Position numbers and translations under genes: made by a program. This document shows, piece after piece, positions 21,300 to 31,500 of a stretch of DNA of 64,000 nucleotides. The notes under the pieces are model-generated. The model did not search any database, was not told the DNA's origin, and worked only from the letters and a program-made list of their open reading frames with translations. Position 1 is the first letter of the stretch. Each line of letters begins with the position of its first letter. The stretch comes from a virus, in the IMG/VR virus record IMGVR_UViG_3300028920_000044, positions 32,001-96,000 of that record; one strand, given 5' to 3'.

Positions 21300-21310
21300 A
21301 TTTCTATATA
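21300..21310 (-). promoter_or_regulatory. Candidate phage promoter motif TATATAGAAAT
   Basis: Identical 11-mer also at 27702 and 45906, all intergenic. Confidence 0.45.
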
Positions 21311-21324
21311 AAACTAGAAGACAT

Positions 21325-21362
21325 AAATTTTCAGGGAGGTGACGAACCCTCCCCAAAAATTT
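21325..21362 (-). terminator. Hairpin after the 21385 gene
   Basis: Minus strand AAATTTTTGGGGAGGG-TTCGTCA-CCTCCCTGAAAATTT. Confidence 0.5.
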
Positions 21363-21384
21363 AGAGTGCTACCTTCACACAGTC

Positions 21385-22056
21385 TTACTCTTCTTTCTTT
21401 TTCTTTCTACCGCGAAGTAACTTAGCAGCACCTATTGCTCCAGCGCCTAGACCTGCAGCGATAGCAACTTTACCACCATGCTCAGATCCAAATTTCTTAA
21501 TGGCACTACCGGCATCATCAAGGGCTTCTTTAGTTTTATGAATACCTACTGCTGTTCGTGCTCCTGTTTTCATGCTCGTTGCTGGATTAAATCCTACAGC
21601 ATTCATACCTCTGGCAACTTTTACACCAGGTTCAATACTACCCAAATTACTAAGATCTCTCTTTGCAACCCTACCAATCAGAGGCACATTCTTTAATTTT
21701 TTAGCAACGGATTGATATGTATCAATACTATCATCCGTACTTTTGAGGCTTTTACCCAATTCTTCTCTAGACGTGTTCTTAAACTTTTTATCAATCTTAG
21801 CATACAGCTCTTTTCTCTTCTCAGCATCAGGAAAATCACTTTTTTCCTGAAGAGCAATGATCACACCTTCAGAATATTCTTTCGCTATACCAGAAATCTC
21901 TAAGACGAGATCTGTTGTTTTGTGTTCTTTAGCTTCATCGATCCAATTCGCTTTTTGTTCTGGAGAAGCGAGGATCCAAGCTAGAACATCTTCTCGTATT
22001 TCAAGACCCTTTAATGGATCTTTTTGGTTTGATGCAACAAATTGTTGATAGCCCAT
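21385..22056 (-). CDS. Putative internal virion protein with C-terminal glycine zipper and basic tail
   Basis: MGYQQFV start; LVLEIS shared with 22088 gene; IAAGLGAGAIGAAKLLRGRK. Confidence 0.7.
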   Translation of the reverse strand: MGYQQFVASNQKDPLKGLEIREDVLAWILASPEQKANWIDEAKEHKTTDLVLEISGIAKEYSEGVIIALQEKSDFPDAEKRKELYAKIDKKFKNTSREELGKSLKSTDDSIDTYQSVAKKLKNVPLIGRVAKRDLSNLGSIEPGVKVARGMNAVGFNPATSMKTGARTAVGIHKTKEALDDAGSAIKKFGSEHGGKVAIAAGLGAGAIGAAKLLRGRKKKKEE

Positions 22057-22087
22057 AATTTTAATCTCCTCATATAATTTAATTTAA

Positions 22088-22516
22088 TTATTCAGCAGCG
22101 CCAGAAGGAGAACTAGCCGGAACACCAGCAACCTGTTCTCTTCGTAATTTTTTAGCCAGATTCAATGCACCCAATCCTTGTGCAATTCCGGCGGCGGCGG
22201 CAATTTTGCCTTTGTCAGACATCTGAGGATCATCATCACTCATATTGGTGGCAGCTTTAGGTTCACCAGCTGTGGTAGTAGGATCAATTTCTTTACCTGC
22301 TTCATCACCAGATCCACCAGCTTCGGTATTCGGAACATTTGCAGATTCAGAGATTTCAAGAACGTATTTACTTGCCTCATCATCTCCCTTTACTTCTTGA
22401 ATAACAGCTGCTTTCTCTTTTGGAGACATATTCTTCCAGGCTTCAACATCTTCTTCAAACGTCTTGACAGTCTGTCCCTTGCCTTCTAAATTGTCTATAA
22501 AATCTTGATAAGACAT
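22088..22516 (-). CDS. Paralog of the 21385 gene, putative internal virion protein
   Basis: MSYQDFI start; EDV.AW...SP..KA, VLEIS; GIAQGLGALNLAKKLRR. Confidence 0.7.
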   Translation of the reverse strand: MSYQDFIDNLEGKGQTVKTFEEDVEAWKNMSPKEKAAVIQEVKGDDEASKYVLEISESANVPNTEAGGSGDEAGKEIDPTTTAGEPKAATNMSDDDPQMSDKGKIAAAAGIAQGLGALNLAKKLRREQVAGVPASSPSGAAE

Positions 22517-22550
22517 ACTTTTTCTCCTTTGATATTCGTTGAATTTAGGT

Positions 22551-22883
22551 TTATGATTTCATTGCGGCCTTACGAGCGGCCTGTTTTCCTCTCATACCAT
22601 ATTTGCGCATAACCTTCGTCTTAAACTTCTTCCATAATTTCTTGTACTTAATCATCTTTTTATAGTCGGTGTCATTCTTATCTTTGGCTAATCTTGCCGC
22701 CATTGATCCGCCTAATCTAGATAATTTCTCTTGTCTACCAACTCTTAGCATAGACATTTTTAATACTTCATTAATTGTATCATCATCCATAAAATCAATA
22801 CATTCAATTAACATATTTTTCAATTCTTCATCCGGTATATCTAATTCTAACAATTCTTGTTCGGACAATTCTGAATAATCCAT
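22551..22883 (-). CDS. Acidic-N/basic-C small protein
   Basis: Sharp charge switch after INE. Confidence 0.7.
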   Translation of the reverse strand: MDYSELSEQELLELDIPDEELKNMLIECIDFMDDDTINEVLKMSMLRVGRQEKLSRLGGSMAARLAKDKNDTDYKKMIKYKKLWKKFKTKVMRKYGMRGKQAARKAAMKS

Positions 22884-22896
22884 TTAACTCATCCTC

Positions 22897-23775
22897 CTAC
22901 TTATATTGTCTCATATTCCTTGACTTAGTGATTTCATTTCGGGATTCAATCATTTTACTCTTTAACTCCTGTAATGCGTTTCTTTTCTTTACCTCATCTT
23001 TTGCAAAGACATAATCTAATAAATCATTAAACGAATCAAATCCAGCTTTTAGTTCTTTAAAATAATCATTACAAGCAGCAGATAATTGAAGTCCAGCGAC
23101 GCTCTTTAACATATCATCAGGCTTAAGATTTTGAATTTGATCGAATCCTCCCGTATTTTTAAGACAAACAAAATAACTTTTAGAGAGAAGAGCTAATGCC
23201 TCTATCATGTATTTAACATAACATTTTTTAAGGCAATCCCCTTGCTTAAATGATTCGGCACTAGATACAACAGGTCGTTTACCACCAGTTGAGAAATAAG
23301 ACCACATGCTTAAATCTTTTTCGTCAATATCACAAGCCTTATAACATTTTTTAGAGTTTTGTTGAATAATAGCATATCTGAATTTCCAATACCGCCCATG
23401 TTTAGAAAGAAACTTACCTATAGACTCTGAAACTTCACCTATCTTTTGACCCGCAGAGAAAATTGCTCTATTAATCCTATCACCGTATATAAAGAAAAAC
23501 AAAGCAGAGATTCCACCAATGGCCATAAGCGTCAAAGGATCTACTTCTTGCAACACCTCTTCATTATATTGAAAATCGAAGTATGTTTTAAATATCTGTT
23601 GCTGTTGAAGCAAGTTTGTATCGTATAGATGATCATAAAGATCTATATCAGTTTCCCTTAGTTCTTTAACTAATTCGTAGGTTTCATCAAAAAGTTGATC
23701 TTTTGTAATCTTGTCATGAAGGCGATTTTGGTCGATATATGCTTCGGCGATGGTTTTAAAAAATCGTACGTCCAT
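22897..23775 (-). CDS. Membrane-anchored protein with acidic N-terminus and twin CX3C motifs
   Basis: VLQE then TM LMAIGGISALFFFIYG; CYKAC and CLKKC. Confidence 0.7.
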   Translation of the reverse strand: MDVRFFKTIAEAYIDQNRLHDKITKDQLFDETYELVKELRETDIDLYDHLYDTNLLQQQQIFKTYFDFQYNEEVLQEVDPLTLMAIGGISALFFFIYGDRINRAIFSAGQKIGEVSESIGKFLSKHGRYWKFRYAIIQQNSKKCYKACDIDEKDLSMWSYFSTGGKRPVVSSAESFKQGDCLKKCYVKYMIEALALLSKSYFVCLKNTGGFDQIQNLKPDDMLKSVAGLQLSAACNDYFKELKAGFDSFNDLLDYVFAKDEVKKRNALQELKSKMIESRNEITKSRNMRQYK

Positions 23776-23806
23776 TTATAAGTTCTCCCTTTTAATTAAC
23801 TAAAAA

Positions 23807-23867
23807 GAGGGCGGGGTAATACGGAGGGTCAGATTCTACGTTTGGTTAAAACAACTACCCCACCCTC
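23807..23867 (-). terminator. 14-bp stem with 33-nt loop and U tract after recA
   Basis: GAGGGUGGGGUAGU / AUUACCCCGCCCUC followed by UUUUU; G-U pairs minus-strand specific. Confidence 0.6.
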
Positions 23868-23872
23868 AATAC

Positions 23873-25327
23873 TTATGTAGTCTGTTGTTCATCAAAAACA
23901 GGCTTATATCCCTCTTCAGTTGGTTGATTCTGATTTAGGAAAAAATCCTCACTAACTTGAGGAACTTCTTCTCCTTGTATCGCTGGAGCAGTAGGTTCTT
24001 CTGGGTTAAAATTTTGTAACGGATTTTCATTTAAAGTGTCAGTAACTACATTATGAATAGTTTCATCAATTACACATTGTTCCTTTGCATCATCATACTC
24101 GCCCACTTCGCATCTAAAAATACCTTGAGTTATACGAGTATATACACTTACTTGTACTGCGAAATCAAACCACTGTTTAAATTCTGGATCTGTATCATAC
24201 TTCTCTTTTGCATTCTTTCTGTAAAATGAATTACTTTTCCATTTTTCAACTCCATTTTCATCAGATACTACAAGTTTTACTCTAGGTCCATCTTTCTTTA
24301 TCATAAATAAAGAAGCAGGAGGAGCATTCTTATAAATCTTCTTTTCACTAGGGATTATCTCCATAAGAAAATAGAATTCAGACCAGAACTTACTTATGCC
24401 TGTCTTTTTATCGAACACACAGGTAACGGCATGTTGACTTGGTGCTAACTTATTTTTCTCAGTATACACATCCATAAACCAACCATCAATACCTATTCCG
24501 TCAGCAGGTGTAATTAACTTCTTTTTACTAAGAAAAAGCCATTGTTGAGTCTTGTGTTGCAAAGCATAGATATTAGTAGCGGACTTGAAATCTTTAAATA
24601 CACCAACAGACTTCTCAGATTGAGCATATGGCCCTTCAATCTTAAGATTCGCACGAATTTGATCAATACAAACAAATGTTACTCGATTGAATTTAATTTG
24701 GGGTCCATACTTATCTAAAAGAAAACTGACCTGTCGTGCTTTATTACCTATGATTGAATTAGGACTTTCTGCTTCTAACGCTTTGGGACCAGGTGTTGAT
24801 GCAATACTATCCCAAATAAATGCAACATAAAACTCTTTCTCAAGCTTCTCTTCAAACACTTTCTTAATTGCAATTAATCGATCAATTAATTCAAATATCC
24901 CATCAACATTTACAATGATAGGTTCATATTTAAATCGATTTTCATCTAATCCAAATATTTCAATTCTACTTTGTCTGAACTCGCTATTTTTATTATTTCC
25001 TGATCCTTCTACATCTAGATAAACAACAACTGAGTTCGGATAAATCTTCTGGAATACAGAACTGAATTGAAACGCTAAAGTAGACTTCCCTGTCTCAGGT
25101 GTACTACTAAAGAGAATTGGATCTGATGAAACAATACCTCCACCTAATAAGGCATCAAGATGTTGAATACCAAAGGGAGTAACTATTGGATCTGGCGCCA
25201 TTAAATGACCATATTCACTTAATATAATCTTATCAAATGCCTCTCCTAACTTTTCAGTTAGTCCTTCTTCCGCATTCTCTAAACTATCCAGATCCACTTT
25301 TTCTACTGATGTTTTTTTCCTCGCCAT
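23873..25327 (-). CDS. RecA/UvsX-like recombinase
   Basis: HLDALLGGG, Walker A STPETGKST, YLDVE, FIWDSIAS, IGNKAR, IDQIR, EKNK; acidic tail. Confidence 0.88.
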   Translation of the reverse strand: MARKKTSVEKVDLDSLENAEEGLTEKLGEAFDKIILSEYGHLMAPDPIVTPFGIQHLDALLGGGIVSSDPILFSSTPETGKSTLAFQFSSVFQKIYPNSVVVYLDVEGSGNNKNSEFRQSRIEIFGLDENRFKYEPIIVNVDGIFELIDRLIAIKKVFEEKLEKEFYVAFIWDSIASTPGPKALEAESPNSIIGNKARQVSFLLDKYGPQIKFNRVTFVCIDQIRANLKIEGPYAQSEKSVGVFKDFKSATNIYALQHKTQQWLFLSKKKLITPADGIGIDGWFMDVYTEKNKLAPSQHAVTCVFDKKTGISKFWSEFYFLMEIIPSEKKIYKNAPPASLFMIKKDGPRVKLVVSDENGVEKWKSNSFYRKNAKEKYDTDPEFKQWFDFAVQVSVYTRITQGIFRCEVGEYDDAKEQCVIDETIHNVVTDTLNENPLQNFNPEEPTAPAIQGEEVPQVSEDFFLNQNQPTEEGYKPVFDEQQTT

Positions 25328-25348
25328 ATAGTTTCGCCTCCAGACTAA

Positions 25349-25579
25349 TTACTTCTTTATTTTTTTTCTAATGACAACAGGTTCTTCTTCGATATCTATA
25401 GTCTTGTTATTTTTAGAATCTTTTAATTTCTCTTTTTTAATAATAATTTCTTTCTCCGGTGTAGTTTTCTTTGCAACAGTTATATCAAGATCATTTAATT
25501 CGGGAGGATAAGATTTCTTCCTAACCCGTCTTATAACTATTGACTCTGACTCTTTTAGTATATTACTCAAAGGAATCAT
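25349..25579 (-). CDS. Small basic protein with tag variant (MIPLSNILKE)
   Basis: ORF track. Confidence 0.6.
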   Translation of the reverse strand: MIPLSNILKESESIVIRRVRKKSYPPELNDLDITVAKKTTPEKEIIIKKEKLKDSKNNKTIDIEEEPVVIRKKIKK

Positions 25580-25599
25580 CAATATATCCTCGTTTAAAA

Positions 25600-25851
25600 T
25601 TAGTATGCTCCCTGCGATCTTTCAACAGCAGTTGGGTTCTTTCTTCTTCTAAGGTCCCGGATTTGCATAATCTCTGCAGCTTTCTGTTTCTGTTCTGCAG
25701 CTTTCTGCGCTGCCAACATAACACCAGGTGGACCCATTCCTACTCTATACTGTCCTGTAGGATAACCCTTTCCTCCAATCTGTTTCGCTGTTCCCGTCAT
25801 AAACGGTTCATAATGGCTCTGTCTTTCAAATAAATGTGATATAGCAATCAT
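25600..25851 (-). CDS. Tagged small protein (MIAISHLFE)
   Basis: ORF track; N-terminal tag. Confidence 0.75.
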   Translation of the reverse strand: MIAISHLFERQSHYEPFMTGTAKQIGGKGYPTGQYRVGMGPPGVMLAAQKAAEQKQKAAEIMQIRDLRRRKNPTAVERSQGAY

Positions 25852-26372
25852 AGTTTGTATGCCTCATCTTCTTTTTCCATATCTCTCTGAACGTCTTCTG
25901 ACAAGGGAATCTTACCTTGATGTTGACTTCTTTCATGGGCTATAAGATCCATGACTTGTTTCATTACTCCTACGAAATCCCCGTCATCTATTTTTTCGAC
26001 TTTTTCATCAATCCTTCTTATATCAACCGAAACTAAATGATGCATCTTATAAATATTATCAGATATGTCTTTTAAATATTTAACTTTAACATCCTCATAC
26101 TCCCGATTTACGCTATATAATCTAGCAATAAGTTCAATATTTTTAGCAATCGCCCCACGAACAATTCTTTGTTTCTCATTATCTTGTTTAACAGTATTTA
26201 AATATTGTTGCAAGAATTGTATATTACTATCAATATCTGCAATATGTCTCTGAATCTCTTGTTGCTTTAATTCTACACCTGTAATATGTTTTTCTAATTT
26301 TCTTTTTTGATCCGTAAAATCTGTTTCTATGAAATCATAACTGTCGAGTTCCTCGCCTTGTTGATCAGTCAT
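25848..26372 (-). CDS. Coiled-coil hypothetical protein
   Basis: Heptad-rich 174 aa. Confidence 0.7.
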   Translation of the reverse strand: MTDQQGEELDSYDFIETDFTDQKRKLEKHITGVELKQQEIQRHIADIDSNIQFLQQYLNTVKQDNEKQRIVRGAIAKNIELIARLYSVNREYEDVKVKYLKDISDNIYKMHHLVSVDIRRIDEKVEKIDDGDFVGVMKQVMDLIAHERSQHQGKIPLSEDVQRDMEKEDEAYKL

Positions 26373-27652
26373 CAGTTATTATTCGCTCCTTCTGTTAAAC
26401 ATATTTCGATGAATTTTTTCATCTGTTGTATAAATGTTATTTGATCTATTTTAACATTTGATAGAGTAAACAGATTAATATATTCCCCTGATAAAATTGT
26501 CTTCGTAAAGTTCTCCGCCACTTTCTCTAATATCCCGTATATATAATAATCGTTAAACATATTCTTAAATGGCTGTACTAATTCTTCCATTACTGCTGTC
26601 TTAACCATCTTAGGTTTAATTAACATTTCGTTATACGGTTTCGAGTTTGGATTAATAATGTGAACACATTTAAGAAGTCTGTATATCGTCGGCAATTTCT
26701 TGATCTTTTCTAGCGTTCCATTTTCTTCTATGTCATCATCATAAAACTTCATTAACTTGTATTCACTATTATTCAATACGAAACTATCTCTATAACTACT
26801 AAAATATACGTCTTGAAATTGATTATCTATTATGACATTTTTAAATACTTTATAGTTATAACTTAATTGAGTCATAGTAGGTGATTTTTGATAAAATTTC
26901 TTTGTTTGAAGATCATATAATACATCACGATATATTCCAAGTCTTATTGGTATGCTTACCATATTATCTAAAGTTTGTTCAATCTCCCAGACAGAATCAT
27001 ATACCGTGTTGATCCTTTTCTCTTTCTTAAAATAGTAATTAAACACATATCTAAAACTACTCTTATAAAAAACTGTTATGTTATCTACATCGAGAGGGTT
27101 AAACTTCTTTAAACCATTACCTAAAAACTCATACAATACATCGGTCTTGATGACATCTTGATCTAAATAAAATGTGTTAATATGAGAATGTACAACACCG
27201 TAAGACTTTCTGCAGATTTCGCTATAAACACTTTTAATCGTATTTTGAAGAAATTTATGAGCACTTGAGAGAATTCTTATTAGAATATAAATAATATTAG
27301 GATATAATACTTTAGCACGATATTCAGGATATGAGAAATTTAGAAACTCATTGTTATATCGGTATAAACAATTAACAGTTTGATGTATTACAAACAAATC
27401 CTGAACAATTTTAGATCTACTAGCTAATATTTGGAAGTGTGTAGCCTTTAATTTCTCAACATACTTTTTTAAAGTTCTAGATTTCAAGCAGTTAATTGGC
27501 ATACCAGGTTCCATCGTTTTTAGTTTCTCTAATTCATTATGCAAACATGTGTATAATGTTTTGTAAGATATCTCTAGTGTAATATCATTAGAATAATTCG
27601 CTGGGTGCTCTTCGAAATCGGTAGATATTTGAGGTTGGGGCTCTGCTCCCAC
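26372..27652 (-). CDS. Hypothetical protein (426 aa)
   Basis: AAGGAG RBS, GTG start; follows AT-rich promoter-like gap. Confidence 0.75.
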   Translation of the reverse strand: MGAEPQPQISTDFEEHPANYSNDITLEISYKTLYTCLHNELEKLKTMEPGMPINCLKSRTLKKYVEKLKATHFQILASRSKIVQDLFVIHQTVNCLYRYNNEFLNFSYPEYRAKVLYPNIIYILIRILSSAHKFLQNTIKSVYSEICRKSYGVVHSHINTFYLDQDVIKTDVLYEFLGNGLKKFNPLDVDNITVFYKSSFRYVFNYYFKKEKRINTVYDSVWEIEQTLDNMVSIPIRLGIYRDVLYDLQTKKFYQKSPTMTQLSYNYKVFKNVIIDNQFQDVYFSSYRDSFVLNNSEYKLMKFYDDDIEENGTLEKIKKLPTIYRLLKCVHIINPNSKPYNEMLIKPKMVKTAVMEELVQPFKNMFNDYYIYGILEKVAENFTKTILSGEYINLFTLSNVKIDQITFIQQMKKFIEICLTEGANNN

Positions 27653-27701
27653 AGTTTTCTCCTTAAATTAGAAAATTTTATAATTAACAGTTAAGTATAA
27701 A

Positions 27702-27712
27702 ATTTCTATATA
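27702..27712 (-). promoter_or_regulatory. Candidate phage promoter motif TATATAGAAAT
   Basis: Same 11-mer, about 50 nt upstream of the start codon, as at 21300. Confidence 0.45.
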
Positions 27713-27769
27713 CAGTGTGAAATTTTTATAAAACAATTCTAGATCGGAAGTCTCACACAAACTTACTTA

Positions 27770-27910
27770 TTAGACAGTGGGAACCAAATATCTTACATTC
27801 TTTGCTGCTATTTTATCTAAAGGTTCTAACATTTTAGCTAACCCTTTCACAGCAAATTCGCGAAAGTTCTCTTCAATTAATTCAGCATCGTATAATGATG
27901 TTGATAACAT
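27770..27910 (-). CDS. 46-aa ORF absent from the track (MLSTSLYDAELIEENF...)
   Basis: Manually translated; GAGG RBS; starts 2 nt after previous stop. Confidence 0.55.
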   Translation of the reverse strand: MLSTSLYDAELIEENFREFAVKGLAKMLEPLDKIAAKNVRYLVPTV

Positions 27911-27912
27911 GA

Positions 27913-28536
27913 TTACCTCTTTATAAACTTAGTTAAATAATCCAAGTTAAATCTTTTCCCTATATTAAGTGGGAAAGTTCGTTGAAATAGTCCCTGAGGT
28001 AATTTGAAGTAGCGTATGATTGGAACAATACACATACGACCAATCGTCTCATATGTTTTCTTAGTGTAGATATCTAAATTCGTATCACCAATAATACAAA
28101 TATGAATTGCTTCACTAGGATCAAATATTCTTTCTCTTAAAAATAACTTTGTTATATCATCCCATCCTGTGTCATCAAGCTTATTTACCTGACGTCTTGT
28201 CAACGGGTATTTAATATCAATAGGTCTAGTATTAAATATATAATAACGATTACCAATAAACTCACAAATGTAATGCCATGGTAAAAAGATAGTTGAGAAT
28301 TTACCATAATTTTCTCTTACTCTTTTATACACTTCAATAAGATCCATTTTTGATGTGTCAACTCTAGGTCTAGGTCTTATAGGAAGAAATGGATTATTAT
28401 ATGTGTCTTGTATTAAAAATCCCTGAGGTTTTGTTGTGAACTTATTCGCTACACTTGCGACATCTTTAGATATGTCTAATCTCTCAGGGACTGCTTCATG
28501 TAAAATCTTATACGTTTTATCAGAATCTACAAGCAT
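27913..28536 (-). CDS. Degenerate amidase_2 / T7-lysozyme-fold protein
   Basis: FLIQDT, LPWHYI, AIHICIIGD echo IVIHHT, GYHF, SIGICLIG; start at MLVDSDK with AAGGA RBS. Confidence 0.5.
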   Translation of the reverse strand: MLVDSDKTYKILHEAVPERLDISKDVASVANKFTTKPQGFLIQDTYNNPFLPIRPRPRVDTSKMDLIEVYKRVRENYGKFSTIFLPWHYICEFIGNRYYIFNTRPIDIKYPLTRRQVNKLDDTGWDDITKLFLRERIFDPSEAIHICIIGDTNLDIYTKKTYETIGRMCIVPIIRYFKLPQGLFQRTFPLNIGKRFNLDYLTKFIKR

Positions 28537-28583
28537 AGTCGTTCCTTTATTTGATTGGGGAGAGTCACCCCTCCCCAATGGTA

Positions 28584-31500
28584 TTATCCTCCAGCACCAA
28601 GATCTACAAAAGTTCCAACACCATCTACCCAATCAACACCATCATACCATACAGGGATAGATATACCTGCTCTACTTGCTAGACTTCCAATAAACCACAT
28701 TTCACCAGTAACAGGTGAAGGAGGAAGCGAATCTGCGGTAGCTGCATAATTCCAACTCACACCACCAGAAGGTCTAGCAGCTAACTCATCCAACGCACTT
28801 AATACTTCTATTGGAGAACCAGTCCAATCCCCAGACGTTGTTGGTATATAATTAATCTTAGACGCTTCTGCTACTGTTTGATTCACAACTGTTCCCGTCG
28901 AAGATGGATCAACTAATACCCCAGTACCTAGTGAGAATGGAACTGTAACTATAAGCGATCCACCATTCATTACAATAGCATCATTCGTGCTCGCATTAAT
29001 TACTGGATGAACAGCAGTGCCTCCAGAAGTACCATTAAAGTCTATTTGACCAGTAAAGAAAGCCAAGAAACTATCTAATACTGCAGCATTGTTTAACTGT
29101 AATGATATCGCGTTGTTTTGAGAATTATTTTGAGTTTTCCACTGACTTAACGTACCATGATCAACAGTAGCCGACATTCCTGCTCCAGTGTTGTTGAAAT
29201 TTGTATCTTCTGCAATAACAATAGATCCTGCTCCAGTGTTGTTCATGTGCAAAGCAGGTTGCAATCCGGCAGAATTAACTTCACAGTTAATCAAATTAAA
29301 TCTTTGTGGATTTGTACCATAGAACTTAACAGTTGCATCAACAGATCCGCTACCAGAAATATCAATTCCACAAAATGATGCTACATTACCATCTGCTCCA
29401 CCTGATGTATTACTTGTGCTATAACCTACATCACCATTAATAGTACAAATAGAATTCTTTTCAGGTGAATCACAAACGAAATGCATTCCTGCTTCAATTA
29501 CTATATCCTCAGTATATGATCCTGGAGCAACAGATATTAATGTTTCTCCAGATACTGCTCCGATTGCAGCAGTGAGGGTTTTAAACGGTCTACCAAGCGA
29601 ACCATCAGCAGTATATGAATCTACTCTATTCCCATCTACTTTCAATGTAGTTGTTATTGGATGATCGATTACACTAGAAGGATGAGTAGTAGGATGCACA
29701 TACGCAATCGCGTTATCTTCTATACCATTCAATTTAGTGAGAAGAGTATCTGTTAACGCATTAGTCTCCGATTCAGATTCATATGCAATTTTAATTTCTG
29801 CACCAGTCATATCCGCGGTTGCACCATCTTCAATGCCTGATAATTTCGTTAAATTAGCATTAGTAAAAACATTCGTATCTGGATTTAATTCATATGCAGC
29901 TTTAATTTCGACAGAAGACATATCACCAGAAGCACCAGTCTCAACACCATCTAACTTTAATTTATCAGCAGCGGACATAAACCCACCAGTAACTGTTGTT
30001 GCGGCAGAATGCAGATTACCTCCACCTCTTGTTCCGTGTTGAGAATCACTGAAAGGCATTACTGCCCAATTAACACTTAATTCAGAACTACCATTAATCG
30101 ATAAGCCTGTTCCTACTTTAGATACACCAGGAGTTGCTGCACTTGCAATAGGTATAGATATTTCGCCAGTTCCATCATCTACATTAACATTAGCTCCTGC
30201 GATTACTACACCCAAAGCAGAACCTTGTGCATGAGGTACAGATACTATACCACTCGCAACATTAAGATTATCACCAACCTGTAAAACACCCCTTCTAGTA
30301 TCTGACCCTCTATATACATCTATTTCGGATATTTCAGGATCAACATCGATATTACCACCTGATTTAACAGATAGAACACCTTTATTACCATATCCACCTG
30401 TTTCTACAGCAATCTCATCTCCATCCATATAAGTGTTTCTTCCTGCTTTTACACCACCGAGAGTAACAGCAGTTGCCACTGGAAGAACGTAATTGTTAGA
30501 GTTGATTGCGATCGTATTTAATTTAGCTTTATCAGATACTGATATAAAACCTGCTTCAGATCCACTTACAAGATTATGTAAATTCCCACCACCTCTATCA
30601 CCATGTGCAATATCATCAAATGCATAATTAAGACTTAGGATTCCACCACCATCTACATCTAACCCTGTTCCAACTTTTACACCACCTAGAACAGAATCTG
30701 TAGCAATAGGTAATGAATAAGCATTCGCTCCAGATTCAACACCACCTAATTTAGTCTTCTCTGCATCACTAAACTCATTAGTATTCGCATTCGCTTCATA
30801 TGCAGTTTTAACTTGAAGATCTGTCATAGGTGACCAATCAACATCGGCAATCTTAGACCATTGAGATCCATTGTAAGCATACTGTGCCGATTTTCCATCT
30901 CCATCATCTTGGACTAATACACATTGTCCCGCCTGAGGTCCTGCAATAGCATCCCGAGCAGCTATATTAGCAACAGGGCTTAACCAATCCGCAGATCCAA
31001 AAGAAGGAACATTCTGAATATGAGTCCAATCAATTCTATCAGACGCCCCTCCAGTTGCTATCAATTCTGTTTTCGACCAATAATCTGCCGTTGCTGCTTT
31101 ACTATTCCAAGATGATTTTTCAGCATCACTTACAAATCTATGATCTAAATCTTGAACAATCATTACTGATGTATGAGTAGTTGGATGAACATACGCATTA
31201 GCATTTGTTTCGACTGTTCCCAACTTTGCTTTCTCGGCATCATTAAATTCATTCGTATCAGCATTATTCTCATACGCAGTCTTGATTTCTACATCAGTCA
31301 TATCATCTGTTGCACCATCTTCGAGACCACCTAACTTAACTTTCTCTAAATCAGTAAATACGTTCGTGTTGATATTTGATTCATATGAAGTTTTAATATC
31401 AACAGGAGTCATATCTCCAGCCGTTGCACCATCTTCAACACCATCAAGTTTAGTCCTATCAGCGTCAGTAAATGCGTTAGTATCCACATTAATTTCATAT

